From contig OX597832.1 of the NCBI GenBank assembly GCA_951406725.2, forward strand, positions 31,124,001 to 31,188,000: 64,000 bases of DNA, given 5' to 3'. Position numbers and translations under genes: made by a program. The notes beneath the pieces are model-generated. The model was not told where the DNA came from. It did not search any database and saw only the letters and a list, made by a program, of their open reading frames with translations. Source of the DNA: Octopus vulgaris (taxonomy: Eukaryota). Positions 12,961 through 27,400 of this stretch are shown here, piece after piece (within the stretch, counting starts at the first letter, position 1; each line of letters starts with the position of its first letter).

Positions 12961-14574
12961 CTATCCATCAGTCTAACTGCCGTCCACAATCTGTGTCTAT
13001 CTGTTGCTCTACCTGTTGGTCACTGTGTCCACTCTATAATCCTTCAGTCCACTCACCAATAACTATGAGCAAACAAGTATCCACGAGCAAGCTGACATTT
13101 TACTGTCAACACACACACACACACACACACACATGCACGCACACAGACACACACACATGCACGCACACAGACACACACACACACACACACACGTGTGTGT
13201 GTGTGTGTGTTTCCATGTGTGTGTGTATATTAAACAACTTGTAATACTCACCAGCTGTGTCGACTTTATTAGATCTCATTAATAATTCATTAAATATCAT
13301 TAATTATTCATATATAATTGCTGTCAGAGATAAATATATAAGGAAACTAATTGTTGTAGCATGTTTGTTTGCCAAAATAGCATTTGCTGCTGCCGCTGCT
13401 GCTGCTGATGCTCTTGTCTTTGTTGCTGTTGTTGTTGTTGTTGATGTATTGATCGCCGAATCAATAACTTATCACGAAACATAAGAGCATTGATACTTAA
13501 CATGAGAGCCTGTGGCGTTCATGCATTTCCAAGAGTGGCATTACACCTGAAACCATATAAATAACTTGAAATCTGCAACGCTACTACCCAGTGAAGGGTG
13601 GAGGGTGGGGACCCTACGTATTTGTTTGACATGCTAGAAATAGCAGCCAAATCTGCCTTAAACTACACGCTACTATCTTAACAAAAGATACATTGGGTAG
13701 TGTTGTCCAAGGTACATTGCACCCTGTAAAGCAGAGCTAGGGTAACCATGGCTTCGTTGGTTTTGAACTTTGACCTGCTCGGTTATTTCTCACTTGAAAC
13801 TAAACAACAAGAATAACAACAACAACATCAATGACACAACAACATTGTGAGCAAACAAGGGGATTTTCACCCAACCTGCTAAAAATAGCAGCTCAAATCA
13901 CCCTCAAATCACACATTGACTGACACTCCGTAGGTTACTCTGATGAATATACAAGTTGGTCCAATCAACGGAACAGCCTGCTTGTGATATTAACATGCAA
14001 GTGGCTAAGTACTCCACAGACATGTGTACCCTTAATGTAGTTCTGAGGGAGATTCAGTGTGACACAGAGTGTGACAAGGCTGGCCCTCTGAAATACAGGT
14101 ACTAATCATTTTTGCTAGCTGAGTGGACTGGAACAACGTGAAATAAAGTGTCTTGCTCAAGGACACGGCGTTCCGCTAGGAATCGAACTCACAACCTTAC
14201 TATCTTGAGCTGAATATCTTACTCTGCTGCCAAAAAGGAAAAGAAAATTTTATGAAATCTTTATGCTATTCCTGAAAAATAAAATGGTGGGATGGTCATA
14301 ACTGGTATGCAGGATGAGATCTGACCTGGGGCTAAACAACAACAGCAGTCATCACATTATCCTGTCCCTGTTACAGTGACCACACTTTTTCGTGATCAAT
14401 TGTTTATATATTATATTTACATTTATACATTGGATCCATCTTAGGCAGCTGACTTCTACTATAGCCCTAGGCTGACCAAAGACTTGTGAGTGGATCTGGT
14501 AGATGGAAACTGAAAGGAGCCTGTTGTCTATGTATACATATATATATATGTATGTGTATGTGTATGCCTGCGTA

Positions 14575-14805
14575 TACCCCTACTGGTGACAAAGGGTCTC
14601 TCGGTCAGATGAAAAGGTAGTCTGTATGATGCTTGTGTGTGAACAGCCATGCTACATGGTAGTGAAACATGGGCCGTGACTATGGAGGACATGCATAGGC
14701 TTGGAAGAAACGAAGCTAGCATGATCCGCTTGATGTGTAATGTCAGTGTGAATGCACGACAGAGTGTAAGCGCCCCGAGAGAAATGCTGGACATAAGAAG
14801 CATCA
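14575..14805 (+). pseudogene. RTE LINE C-terminal fragment. Related fragments at ~21935-22215(+) and ~22600-22720(-)
   Basis: Reads KGSLYDACV*TAMLHGSETWAVTMEDMHRLGRNEASMIRLMCNVS, the typical RTE post-RT YGSETW region. Confidence 0.8.
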
Positions 14806-14868
14806 TTTCAGTGATTCAGTGATTCTTTCTAGCAATGGCTTTGCTAGTATACGAGAAAGCAACCACTC

Positions 14869-14944
<76 letters not shown>

Positions 14945-15406
14945 TATATATGGAAGTCATTTGGGAAAAGAAGAATTAGGCAGATGAAATAAAAGAAACC
15001 CTGCCCCCTCCCCCTCGCCACCTCACCCTGCTCCCGATTAGTAGAGGAAGAACAACATCAAAATGGGAAGAAGAAGAAGAAGTGGTAATGAAGAATTCCT
15101 ATTTAGGTTGTGTGCATGAATGGTCAGAATAACCCAGTTAAATAAACAAAAAGAGAGCAAAACAAACACAGGAGCCATAGCCTCACACTACTCCTCTGCT
15201 TGTGTTTGAGGATAACAGACACACATGGGTGTGTGTGTGTATAAAGGTGCAGGAGTGGGTGTGTGGTAAGTAGCTTGCTTCCCAACCACATGGTTCTGGG
15301 TTCAGTGCCAATGCATGGCACTTTGGCAAGTGACTGCTGCTATAGCCTCAGGCTAACCAAAGAATTGTCAGTGGTTTGGTAGATGGAAACTGAAAGAAGC
15401 CCCTTG

Positions 15407-15501
<95 letters not shown>

Positions 15502-16283
15502 ATACATACATAAATGGGAAGGCACATGGCTCAGTGGTTAGAGCATTGAGCTTACAATTGTGGGGTTGTGAGTTCGATTCCCGGACCACTCTGCATGTTG
15601 TGTTCTTGAGCAAGACACTTTATTTCACATTGCTCCAGTTCACTCAGCTATAGAAATGAGTTGCGACATCACAGGTGCCAAGCTGTATCGGCCCCTTTGC
15701 CTTTCCCTTGGATAACATTGGTGGTGTGGAGAGGGGAGGCTGGTATGCATGGGCGACTGCTGGTCTTCCATTAAAACAACCCTAGGTCGTGCATTTGCTG
15801 GTGAGGCAACTTTCTGCCCAGACTTATACCTTGGAGGGGATCCTCTTAGGTGTACCTATGGTCATTTGTGACCGACGGAGTCTCTATACATATATACTTG
15901 ACTGTCCATGACCCATTGTCTCATCAGTAGTTCAAGGAACCCGTGGTCCAATTTACATGAAACTTGTTTTATTGTGTTTGCATTCAGAGTATTTTCTCAT
16001 TATGCACTGGTTTGGCTGAATTAAATTACAGACAACCATGCAAGCATATATATATATATATACACACAAACAACATTGTGAATTAATGATCCAGAGAAGG
16101 AGTACTCAATACTGATGTAGAGCTCAGTAGTTTATTGGAGTCTCCTTAACATAATGTGTGTGTGTGTGTGTGTGTACATACACACACATCACTTTGTTAC
16201 ATTCTTAAAGTTCTATATTTAAAAGATGAAGAATTATGTACATTATTTACATTTGACGGATAATTGTCCTCTTGTTTGTTGTT

Positions 16284-16329
16284 AACACAATGTTTCAGCT
16301 GATATACCCTCCAGCCTTCATCAGGTGTC
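16284..16329 (-). ncRNA. Minimal hammerhead in a PLE-type repeat (~16190-16530)
   Basis: GACAC-CUGAUGA-a-GGCUG..CAGCU-GAAA-CA-UU-GUGUU. Stem III is probably a CpG-decayed AACGTT. Confidence 0.7.
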
Positions 16330-16623
16330 TTGGGTTTTCATCCCTTAGGTATTTTTCAATGTTATTATTATTATTATTATTATTCAGGTCACTGCCTGGA
16401 ATCAAACTCGGAATCTTGGGGTTAGTAGCCCGCACTCTTAACCACTACACCATGGGCAATTATGGAGTGAATTTTAGGGCTTATAAATCTAATATTTTCC
16501 TATCCTTCCTTAATACCGGTTCCCATATGCTGCTCATATCTGCACTCAGTCTGCTTAGGAAGTGGTTGTGTCCTAGCACGGAAAACGGACGTTAAACGAT
16601 GATGATGATGATGATTGTGTGTT

Positions 16624-16660
<37 letters not shown>

Positions 16661-17251
16661 ATGATCCATAAAGATCAGAGCTTAAGTGCAGCTCTTGGTG
16701 GTCCAAATCAGAGATGCAATCTGTGTGGGTGTCCTGTCAATACATTGTCTGGTTTAAAAAGCCACATCAGATGCCATGATGGATCTGAAGTGTAAGTACA
16801 AGAAAGAGGTGGTCAGATTCCACCGCACACATCCGCTGTAAACATCCACCATGTATATGCATTCACATATATACATGTATTAAGGTTTTTAGTCTTTTGA
16901 GCACCTGGCACAAGCGCACACACTGAGACAGTGGTTGGCATTAGGAAGGGCACCCAGTCATAGAAAACCATGCCAAAGCAGACATTGGACCACAATGCAG
17001 TCTTTGGGCCCATTGGATCCTCTCAAATCATTCAACTTACAACAGCATGGAAGAACACGGACATTAGACGATGATGGTGGTGGCAGTGGAGTTAGCGGTG
17101 GGGGTGATGGTGGTGGTGGTGGTGGTGGTGATACATTAATAGGTTTGCTTATTATGCAAAGTTATAAATTAAAACACTCCAAACCTTAATTTGAAGGAGC
17201 ACTCAATAATTTTCTGTAGAGTACATATGTACTTGCTGATGACGGTGGTGG

Positions 17252-17301
<50 letters not shown>

Positions 17302-17634
17302 CACACATACGCTCACACACAAACGTGTGCATGTGTGTTTGGAGTGTGTATCTTTGTACAAATCATTTTATAAATATACATTCATTCTTCTATATTAAGT
17401 TCCTTATCTTGATGTGGGTTTTTTTTCCTTAATGCTAACATGTTCTCTTTGTGTCTTCTTAAACACAATATCTATGTCCATCTGTTTACACACACACACA
17501 CACACACACACACTCGCATGCATACACGCACAGATACACTCACGTACTCACGCACTGTCCCCTGATGGCCAAACGTATATGCTCACTCTTTTTCTAATCT
17601 ATCCACCCACCAACCAGCTGTTGCAGGTTAAACG

Positions 17635-18465
17635 ATGACAACAACAACAACAACAATAGCAATCATTTACTACAATAATGAAAATAACCACCACCATCAC
17701 CACCACCATCATCACAACACCAACAACAACAGCAATAATAACAGCAACACCCTCATCACCACAACAACAGGAGCATATGTACCACAATCCCCCTTCCCTC
17801 CAATCACCACAACACCACCACCACCACTACAATAACCACTACCACTACCACTACAATCACCACCACCACCACAATCACCCCCCACCACCACCACCACTAC
17901 CACATTCACCACCAGCACCACCACCACAATCACCACCACCACCAGCACCACCACTACAATCACCACCACCACAATCACCACCACCACCACTACAATGACC
18001 ACCACCACCACCGCAATCACCACCACCACCAGCACCACCACTACAATCACCACCACCACAATCACCACCACCACCACTACAATCACCACCACCACATTCC
18101 CCCCCCCACTACCACATTCACCACCAGTGCCACCACCACAATCACCACCACCACCACCACCGCAATCACCACCACCACCAGCACCACCACTACACAACCA
18201 CCACCACCACCACCACCACCACAACACCACCACCACCACCACCACCACTACAATCACCACCACCAGCACCACCACCAGCACCACAATCACCACCACCACC
18301 ACCACAATCACCACTACCACCACCACCACCACAATCACCACCACTACCACATTCACCACCTGCACCACCACTACAATCACCACCACCACAATTACCATGA
18401 CAACAACTACAACACCAACTACCACAATCACCACCACACAGCAACCACTACCGTCACCACTGCCA
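17635..18465. repeat. (CAC)n/ACAATC compound trinucleotide repeat
   Basis: Direct inspection; source of the spurious poly-T/P/V ORFs. Confidence 0.95.
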
Positions 18466-19084
18466 CTTCAACATCACAAACTACAAAATATTGATTTTTT
18501 TTTTCATAAACACTGTTCAATACATGTTTGATGTAGTTTAGGAAATATGATTGAGGTCTTTTCTACAGGCTTTGATCTCCTCTTCACCCCCCACGCACCC
18601 CCCCGTGTGTGTGTGTAGTATGTGTGTGTGTATGTGTGTATCTGTGTGTGTGTTTGCGTGTGTGTCTTATTTGTTTCTCTTTTTCTGTTGGACGATGGGT
18701 GTTTGGTTATATTCCCTTAAGCTAACAGTTCTGAAAAAAGGTCCAACACACACACACGTACAAAAATTTCTATCTTTTACTTGTTTCAGTCATTTGACTG
18801 CGGCCATGCTGGAGCACGACCTTGAAGAATTTTTAGTCAAATGAATTGATCCCCTGTATCTATTCTATCAGTCTCGTTTGCTGAACTGCTCAGTAATAAC
18901 ACAAATCTATTCATACTAACACCAGTTGTCAAGCAGGTGGAGGGTGGGGACAAACACACAAGGTATTGGTCAGCCTGAGACTATTGTTGAAGACACTTGC
19001 CCAAGGTGCCACACAGTGGGACTGAACTTGGAACCATGTGGTTCGTAAGCAAGCTATTTGCCACACAGCCACTCCTACGCCTAT

Positions 19085-19163
<79 letters not shown>

Positions 19164-19237
19164 ATATATATATGTATGTATATATATATATATATGTATG
19201 TATATAAATAAAGAATGCAGATTAGCTACTCAGATTA

Positions 19238-19305
19238 GCTACATATGCATTTCGAGATTAAAGTAAAGTTATAGTTACTTACTTATTTCTCATCTTCAGT
19301 GCAGC
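19238..19305 (-). ncRNA. Minimal type I hammerhead next to a (TA)n tract
   Basis: GCUGCA-CUGAAGA-u-GAGA...UCUC-GAAA-UGCA-UA-UGUAGC, with palindrome AUGCAU. Confidence 0.8.
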
Positions 19306-20153
19306 ATTTCGAAATATAAATTAATTGATTAATTAATTAATTGATTTTACCCTTTTATTATTATTATTATTATTATATATCATCATCATCATCATCATCA
19401 TCATCATCGTTTAACGTCCGTTTTCCATGCTAGCATGGGTTGGACGGTTCGACCGGGGATCTGGGAAGCCAGAAGGCTGCACCAGGCTCCAGTCTGATCT
19501 GGCAATATTTCTACAGCTTGATGCCCTTCCTAACGCCAACCACTCCGTGAGTGTAGTGGGTGCTTTTTACGTGCCACCTGCACAGGTGCCAGGCGAGGCT
19601 GGCAATGGCCACGGTCAGATTGGTGCATTTTACGTGCCACCGGCACAGAAGCCAGTCGAGGCGGCACTGGCATCGACCACGATTCGGATGGTGCTTTTTA
19701 CGTGCCACCGGCACGGAAGCCAGTCGAGGCGGGGCTGGCATTGGCCACGATTCGGATGGTGCTTTTTACGTACCACCAGTCCAGGGGTCCTGGCATCTGC
19801 CGGGTGCCAGTCGCGTGGCTAATACCAATTCAACACTGTCCCCCTTCTCTCTTAATATATCTAAAAAAAATAGCTCTGCTAAGATCAGCTGACATCCTGT
19901 GCAATAAGTGTTTAACAATTTTAAGCCACATGTGCGACATATCCCATACAAGATTAAGGCCCGAAACATTAAACACTAATGTTACAAGAAAAAAGAAGGT
20001 AAACCCTATAACAAAGCAAACTGGTGCTGGACAGCAGCTGGAGCAATTTATATTCCTCTGGCCCTCACAAAAGTAAGAACACAATGCCACACAGACATCA
20101 GGAGGTGCAGCCGATGGTGCAGTAGAAATTCACATGAAACTACCAAAGAAATG

Positions 20154-20198
<45 letters not shown>

Positions 20199-20199
20199 G

Positions 20200-20231
<32 letters not shown>

Positions 20232-21112
20232 CCTTTCTACTAAATAGCCTGAAATTTTGAGGGGAGGAGTTAAGTCAATTACATTGACCCCAGTGCATAA
20301 CTGGTACTTAATTTATTGACCCTGAAACGCTAAGCATTTTGGCGTGCATGCTAAAGATTCTGCCATCTCTCAGCCTTAGAGATAATGGTAATAATCCTTT
20401 CTACTAAAGGCACAAGGCCTGAAATTGTTGTGTCTTGAGGTCTCTGGGTGAGACTTGAAGCCAACTTGTACAAATACAAAGCAAAAGTCAAACATAAAAA
20501 AATAATAATAATAATACTTTTTACTAAAAGCAAAGGCCTGAAGTTTGTGGGGAGGGGGCCAGTCGATTAGATCAACCCCAGTGCTTCACTGGTATTTAAT
20601 TTATCGATCCTGAAGGATGAAAGGCAAAGTCTACCTCTACGGAATTTGAACTCAGAACATAATGACAGACGAAATACCGCTAAGCATTTTGCCCGGCATG
20701 CAAACGTTTCTGCCTGCTCACTGCCTTAACTGCTTCTTATCTGACTGACCCCGAAAGGGATGAGAGGCAAAGTTGAACTCTGTAGAGTTTGAACTCAGAG
20801 TGTGAAGCCAGAAGAAATGTTAACGAACCATTTTGTCTGATTTGCTAAGTTCTACCTGTTTGCCATCATAACAGTAATAATGATGATGATGATGGTGATG
20901 GTTTTCAAGATGGGTACATGGCCACAGATTCTATGTTGCAGGGGTAGGGGATGGGTATCAACTGAAGTGATCCCCCAATTCCTATCTAGAAAGGGTTGCC
21001 AGGTTTGAACTGAGAACGGCCAGGAATGCAGCTGGATGCTGCTGGCTGTGTATCATGTCTGTTACTTTGACATTTCTGTATCATCACCACACCTAAATGA
21101 GGAAACCTATAC

Positions 21113-21146
<34 letters not shown>

Positions 21147-21490
21147 GCAATAGTTAAAGGATGATGGGGAAATTAGCTATGATGATAGTAATGAAGATGA
21201 TGACTGATGATGGGAATGGTGGTGGTGGTGGTGGTGGTGATGGTGATAATGATGACTTCCTCCTAAACTGCCACCACCACCACTACCACCGCCGCTGCTG
21301 CTACCATCGTTCTCACTACCATTCAGGCCCATCGACTGTAGTGATAGAATATTAGAATGTAATACAATACTAAATACACACAAGTGTGGAAACGGGATGT
21401 GACTGAATAATAATGATAATAATAATAATAATGATAATAATAATAATAAGTAAACAAATGTTAGCTCTGAAAAGTTAATGTAAACCTCAT

Positions 21491-21536
<46 letters not shown>

Positions 21537-21698
21537 GAGAGAGGGTGAGAGAGAGTGTGTGTATGGTTAGGAGAGGGACAATAAAACTAAGAGATGATAC
21601 AGTCTCACACCCATGCACATGCACACACACACACACATGTGGATTTCTGTTTGTATATGCATATATATACACGTACAAACACACACACACATATATAT

Positions 21699-21758
<60 letters not shown>

Positions 21759-21853
21759 GTATATATACATACATATGTATATACATATATGTATGTATGT
21801 ATGTTTGTATGTATTTATGTATATATATATATATACACACACATATATGTATG

Positions 21854-21893
<40 letters not shown>

Positions 21894-23328
21894 TGTATAT
21901 ATATACATATATATATATGTATGTATGTATATATATCTATAGTTGATAGCTTTTGTTACCTAGGTGATTTATGTGAATTAATTAGCAGTGGGCATGTTGG
22001 TGGGGGGAGGAGGGAGGGTGTACAGAAAGCGCAGTAGCCAGACTAAGAAAAGAGTGTGGTGGGTGTTGGGGGGGTGTTGGGGTAAGGGAGAGATTTCAGT
22101 AGGTTGTTATCTCTTCTGCCAATTAAAAGTTGGTTTTTCTCTCAGTGTGAAGGGAAGATTGCATGATACTTGTGTACAAAGTGTGATGCTGCATGGTACG
22201 GAGATCCTTGGACTTTGAATCATCATCATCATTTCATGTCCGTTTTCCTTGCTGTCATGGGTTGGATGATTCAACAGGAGCCACACCAGGCTCCACTTGT
22301 CTGTTTTGGCAAGGTCTCTATGTCTTGGTCTCCTTGATGCCAACCAATTTACAGAGTGCACCAGGTGTTTTTATGGGGTACCAGTGAGGAGCACAGGTGC
22401 TTTTAAGGTGGGGTTAGGGTCAGGTGATTTTTAGGTACCACTAGCACTGCTAGCACCAGCTGGGTTTGCGGAGTAGGTTGCAAGATAAAGTGGAATGATG
22501 AACATGGGTGGAGGGATGGGGGTGGGAGATGTATTGTAGGGGGTGTTTTGATAGAGGATAGACTATGTGTGTGTGGGAGTTGGGGGTGGAAGGCATAGTC
22601 ACAAAAATCTTCTGTATTCAAAGCCCACACCTCACTACTCTGCAGCATCACAGCTCCAACACAAGCATCGTACAATCTGCCTTTCACTCTGGAGGAAAAA
22701 AAAACTTTTGTTGCCTCTAAAACCAATTGGCTCTTGGGACTTTCTCCGACCCGTTCTGACCCTTGCCACTTTACTTTCTCAACAACTGCCTCCTCTATTA
22801 ATTATGTCATTTAAATAACAGATGCTAATTACTACTCCAGGGGAGCCAAATGTATGCATTTAAGAGAGTCTCTTTGCATTGTGCTTTTCGTGTATATTGC
22901 TCCACTACATCTGTCATGCACACAAAACTTGCCTTCAATGTAAGTCTGTCTGTGAGTCTACTTCACCTCTTGAGCTGCTGTAGCTTATACAAGGTACAAC
23001 ATATGGGGTTTATATCTACTTATTGTCTGCAAAGTGAGCAAGGCCATTTCCTTGATGATATCAGGGTCTTCTCTTCTTGCGTAACACCCTAACACCTTTG
23101 TCTTGTTCATCTTGATTTCAGCCTGGAATTAACACATATTCGCCATGATAGATTGCTAGCCATGTAACATTTTTCTATTTTCTCTCCCTGTTTATTTCGA
23201 GCATAGGCTCGAAATGTAAAAGACTTTCTCACTTCCCGAGCGTCAAACTAATACATCTGTTTGTTGTTTACACACCTGTCTTTGTCTTTTGTTTTTTGTA
23301 TATTCTCACTATATATGTATACACACAC

Positions 23329-23377
<49 letters not shown>

Positions 23378-23429
23378 TACTCAGAGAGAGAGAGGTAGAG
23401 GTAGACTGACTGACAGACAGACAGAGACC

Positions 23430-23722
23430 ATAGATTCAGTTGTAAGAAGTGCATGATCAGCATGCAGAAGTGCCCACTGTTTGGCCAGTCTGAACCCCTT
23501 CCATTGTGGCTTGTAGGATTATGATAAGGACTGTCATCTGAGCCCTTTGCCCTTCAGTTCATCACCAAGCTGATTGTTGACCTGATTTTTACTCCCTACA
23601 CTTTGATACAACAGCTTGTGTAGCCCTTGCAAGGCATTTGACTACACCTTGTTTCCTTGGTAACCAGCAGATTACAGAGTATGGCACCAATTAAAGGCCT
23701 TCACTAGGTCAACGAAAGCCAG
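23430..23722 (-). pseudogene. Degenerate RTE reverse-transcriptase fragment
   Basis: Minus strand LAFVDLVKAFN (RT motif FxDxxKAFD) and a decayed LLHAD-like remnant, with many stops. Confidence 0.6.
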
Positions 23723-23826
23723 GGGTGTGTGTGTATATATATGATTTAAAAAAATTTTTTTTTTGATTTTTCCAGTTTCAGCTCATGAGCTGTGGCCATG
23801 CTGGGGCACCACCATTTATATATATA

Positions 23827-23990
23827 GGTGTCGGAGTGGCTGTGTGGTAAGTAGCTTGCTTACCAACCACATGGTTCTGGGTTCATTCCCACTGCATGGC
23901 ACCTTGGGCAAGTGTCTTCTACTATAGCCTCGGACCAACCAAAGCCTTGTGAGTGGATTTGGTAGACGGAAACTGAAAGAAGCCCATTGT
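23827..23990 (+). mobile_element. tRNA-derived SINE family B. Other copies ~5480-5635(-), 7558-7665, 11410-11535(-), 15245-15410, 18960-19085(-), 29625-29780, 45680-45830(-)
   Basis: GGAGTGGCTGTGTGGTAAG A-box, GGGTTCAnTCCC B-box, CCTTGGGCAAGTG CORE-like stretch, and GGAAACTGAAAGAAGCCC end. Confidence 0.85.
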
Positions 23991-24233
23991 ATATATGTAT
24001 ATGTATATATATGTGTGTGTGTGTATATACTGGAGCTCTTCAGGAGTTCTTTTCTTATCAGAATGATTAGAGTGAATTGCATCATGGTGCTGTTTTTCTT
24101 ACAGATGGTGCTCAACTGACCCTACTATACTGTGTAGTCAACAAAATCAAAAACAAACAATACACATGCATGAAATGAAAAATATAAAATGGCTACAATT
24201 TACCCATTGCACCCTGTAAATATATATATATAT

Positions 24234-24492
24234 TGGTAAAAACGGTAAGATAACAAAAGAATGAAAAGGACCCCCCCCCCCCCGATATTATGTTAATAGA
24301 GGAATTTATCTGTAAATATGATATGTGACAATTATTTGGTAGCCATGATAAAACTCCGAGTTTCGGATGTCGGGGGGGGGGGGCAGAAGGCCTGATAATT
24401 GATGAGATGCCGGTGTGGGTTTCTGCCCCGACATCCGAAACAGAGTTTTATCATGGTTACCAAATAATTGTTGCATATTATATTTACAGATA
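24234..24492. mobile_element. Fold-back PLE-type fragment with a hammerhead-like motif (24394-24452, +)
   Basis: Arms 24307-24375 and 24426-24492. Reads GAUAA-UUGAUGA-GAUGCCGG..CCGACAUC-c-GAAA-CAGAG-UU-UUAUC; the left arm keeps ACUCGGAGU. TA flanks. Confidence 0.65.
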
Positions 24493-24719
24493 TATATATA
24501 TATACTGAGAGAGAGAGAGACAGAGAGAGATAGATAGATAGATAGAGAGATAGACAAATGTATACACACATACATGCTTACGTGCGCACCCCCCCACAGA
24601 CACACGTATAAAGAAAAAGAGAGAGAGAGAGAGAGGTGTGTAATAGTAACCCTCTTGCTCCACTGCAACGAGCAAACCCCAGCCTATAGAGTTTCATAGG
24701 ACCAGTCAGTAGTACAGTT

Positions 24720-25620
24720 GTTGTTGTTATCTTAGTGGTGGTAGTGGTGGTGGTGGTGGTGGTGGTGGTGGTGGTGGTGGTGGTGGTAGTGGTGGTGGTA
24801 GTAGTCGTCGTCGTAGTGATTGTGGTGGTGGTGGTGGTGGTGATGGTGGTGTTGGTGGTGGTGGTGGTTGTCGGCAGCATCATGATGGTGGTGGTCATGG
24901 TGGAGGTGGTAGTGGTGGTTGTGGTGGTGGTCGTTGTCGTGATGGTGATGGTAGTAGTGGTGGTGATGGTGGTGGTTGTGGTGGTGGTCGTTGTCGTGAT
25001 GGTGATGGTGGTGTTGGTGGCGGTCGTCGGCAATGTGATGGCGGTGGTGGTGGTGGTGGTGGTGGTGGTGGTAGTGGTAGTGGTGGTGGTGGTGGTAGTG
25101 GTGGTGGTGGTGGTGCTATCATCCCAGGTATTTACTTGGTGTTTAGTTATATTAGAAACCTGAACATTTCACTTGAAAACTGTTATCTTGAAATGTCAGG
25201 AGTCGGAGAGGGTGGTGGTGGTGATAGGTGGTGGTAGGCCGGGGAGGAGTGGTCTTTGAGGTAGGAGGGGAGGAAGAAGGGGTAAATGGAGAATGTCTAT
25301 AGGTTGGGAGGGGGGATGGATGGGTGACAAGGGGAAGAGAGAGAGAGAGAGAGGGAGGGAGAGAAAGAAAAAGGTTATGGAGAGTAACATGGGGGAGAAA
25401 TGATTTATAGGTAACGGTGGTGGTGGTGGTGATGGTGGTGGTTGTGGTGGTGGTGATTGGAAAGTGGGTATGAGTTGGGAATAGGAGGAGGGGTGGTCAG
25501 GAGAAGGAGGAGTATGTTGCTGGAGAAAGGACTACTACTACACCAACTACTACTACTACCACCACGATTACTGTTGCTACTATTACTATTACTGCTACTA
25601 CTACTACAGCTGCTGCTGCA

Positions 25621-25676
<56 letters not shown>

Positions 25677-25720
25677 CACCACCACTACTACTACTACTAC
25701 TACCACCACCACCACCACCA
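24720..25720. repeat. (GTG)n, purine-rich and (CTA)n/(CCA)n simple repeats
   Basis: Direct inspection. Confidence 0.9.
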
Positions 25721-25829
25721 GGCATGTGCCAGGCATGTGCATAGTATTGAGTTGGAGAGTGGAAAGGCAAAACAGTTTCCAAGAGTTTGTATCTCTTTAG
25801 AAACTTTAGATACTTGAGTTAACTCACTG

Positions 25830-26110
25830 CATCATCATCATCATCATCATTGTTCGACCGTGGTCGAGACTTTCATAGTCTTTTCAAATGGCTAATAATG
25901 TGTGCGCGCGCCACTACTACACACATTGGAAAGCATTGTACAACCAAGTACTAAAGAAGATCTTTCCTCCTCCATGAAACAAAGCTGCTCCCGCTGGACG
26001 TCAACCCAGTATTTCTAAGCTACGGACCCAGTGATTTATTGTAAGGTTATCTCCCTAGATAGATTGCCTTCACTACGGCTAAGGAGCCCTTTCTACCCCT
26101 TTCTACCCCT
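25830..26110 (-). mobile_element. Short RTE-related non-autonomous element
   Basis: Minus strand CCTTAGCCGTAGTGAAGGCAATCTATCTAGGGAGA resembles RTE 5' UTRs; ends in (GAT)n. Confidence 0.45.
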
Positions 26111-26562
26111 GCAGTGTGGATTATATCATCATCACCATCATCATCATTAGGATTTTCATGCTTGCATGAATCGGATGAATTTTATTGAGGCAGATTTTAT
26201 GGATTGGAAAATCCCCTAAAATCCTGTAATTCCTCTCCATCACAGCCTCTGGCTCACCTCCATACCAGTTTTCTCTCACTTCGAATCCACACACTTGGCT
26301 TACATTCCTATCGTACGTTTCCCAACAGTCATGCTTGCACTTATACTCTTTTTGTGCTAGCTTACTATATTCACTGAAGAGATGGTTAATAACTTTGTCT
26401 TATTTTGGCAGAATTTTTAGCATGCCAATTGTATTTCGTCCATCTTTACTTTTCATTCTTTCAGGGTTGATAAAATGAATACCAGCTAAATACTTAGGTC
26501 GATGTAATTGACTTACTTTCTCCCCTGAACTTGCTGGCCTTGTGCCAAAATTTGAAAGCAGT

Positions 26563-26594
<32 letters not shown>

Positions 26595-26639
26595 CATTAT
26601 TATTATTATTATTATTATTGTTATTGTTATCATTATCAT

Positions 26640-26975
26640 GTGATGAAAACTCACAGCTTATTTTGCTGGCTATGATGGAAAGTGTCAGCTGTCCACAGCC
26701 AGCAGACTAAAGTGACACTTGTGTTACTGGTCATGCTTCAAGAACCCTGCAAAGAATTCTTGCAGTTCCAAGCAATACTGATTTTTGTAGGTGTTCTACC
26801 TTCACACTTGCACCGATCTTTTTCAGCCATGTTGGTATTTGAGTGCTGATGTGTCCAAGTGCACCAATTTCTACTGGTATCATGTCTACTCCCTTCTTTG
26901 ACCACAACTTTTGCATTTCCCCCTTCAGATTGTCATAGTTGTTTATTTTTTCTTCTTCTTTCGCATTGATCCTTA
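26640..26975 (-). mobile_element. R4/Dong-like non-LTR element 3' end (restriction-like endonuclease C-terminus)
   Basis: KEEEKINNYDNL...IPVEIGALGHI...LQKSVLLGTARILCRVLE*, then a short UTR and (TAA)n. Confidence 0.85.
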
Positions 26976-27310
26976 GTGACATTTCATCCATCTTTACATT
27001 CTGAGTTCAAATTCTGCAGAGGTTGACTTAGCCTTTCATCCTTTCAGGGTTGATAAAATAAGTACCAGTCAAGTACTGGGGTTGATGTAATCAACTTAAC
27101 CCCTCCTCCAAAATTTCAGGCCTTGTGCCTATGGTAGAAAGGATTATTATTATTATTTGGAGTAAAAGCAGTGAGCTATCAGAAACATCCCGTCACTTTA
27201 TTCATTTCCACTGTGGCATTGTGTTTTACCAATATTTCTAAATTCCTGATCCATAAAAATTTTCTTGAGCAGAAATCTCTTTAATTTGTTTTATTTTTGT
27301 TATATTCCAG

Positions 27311-27400
27311 GTTTTTAAACACCAACATTTGGATTACTTTGAAGATGTAGAAGACCAGGAAAGCACTGGATCTGACAAGGATCAAGGAGATGAAGGATGA
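27311..27400 (+). CDS. METTL4: METTL4 terminal coding exon (VFKHQHLDYFEDVEDQESTGSDKDQGDEG*)
   Basis: Acceptor tttttgttatattccag, phase 0, joins GNE to VFKHQHLDYF. This matches the vertebrate continuation recalled as GNEVLKFQHVDYF. Stop TGA at 27398-27400, candidate AATAAA at 27875. Confidence 0.85.
   Translation, partial: VFKHQHLDYFEDVEDQESTGSDKDQGDEG

Noticed and set aside
24661-24674. 14-mer CCACTGCAACGAGC shared with the minus strand of the duplicated unit
   Set aside because: Matches of this length are expected by chance in 64 kb and there is no flanking similarity.
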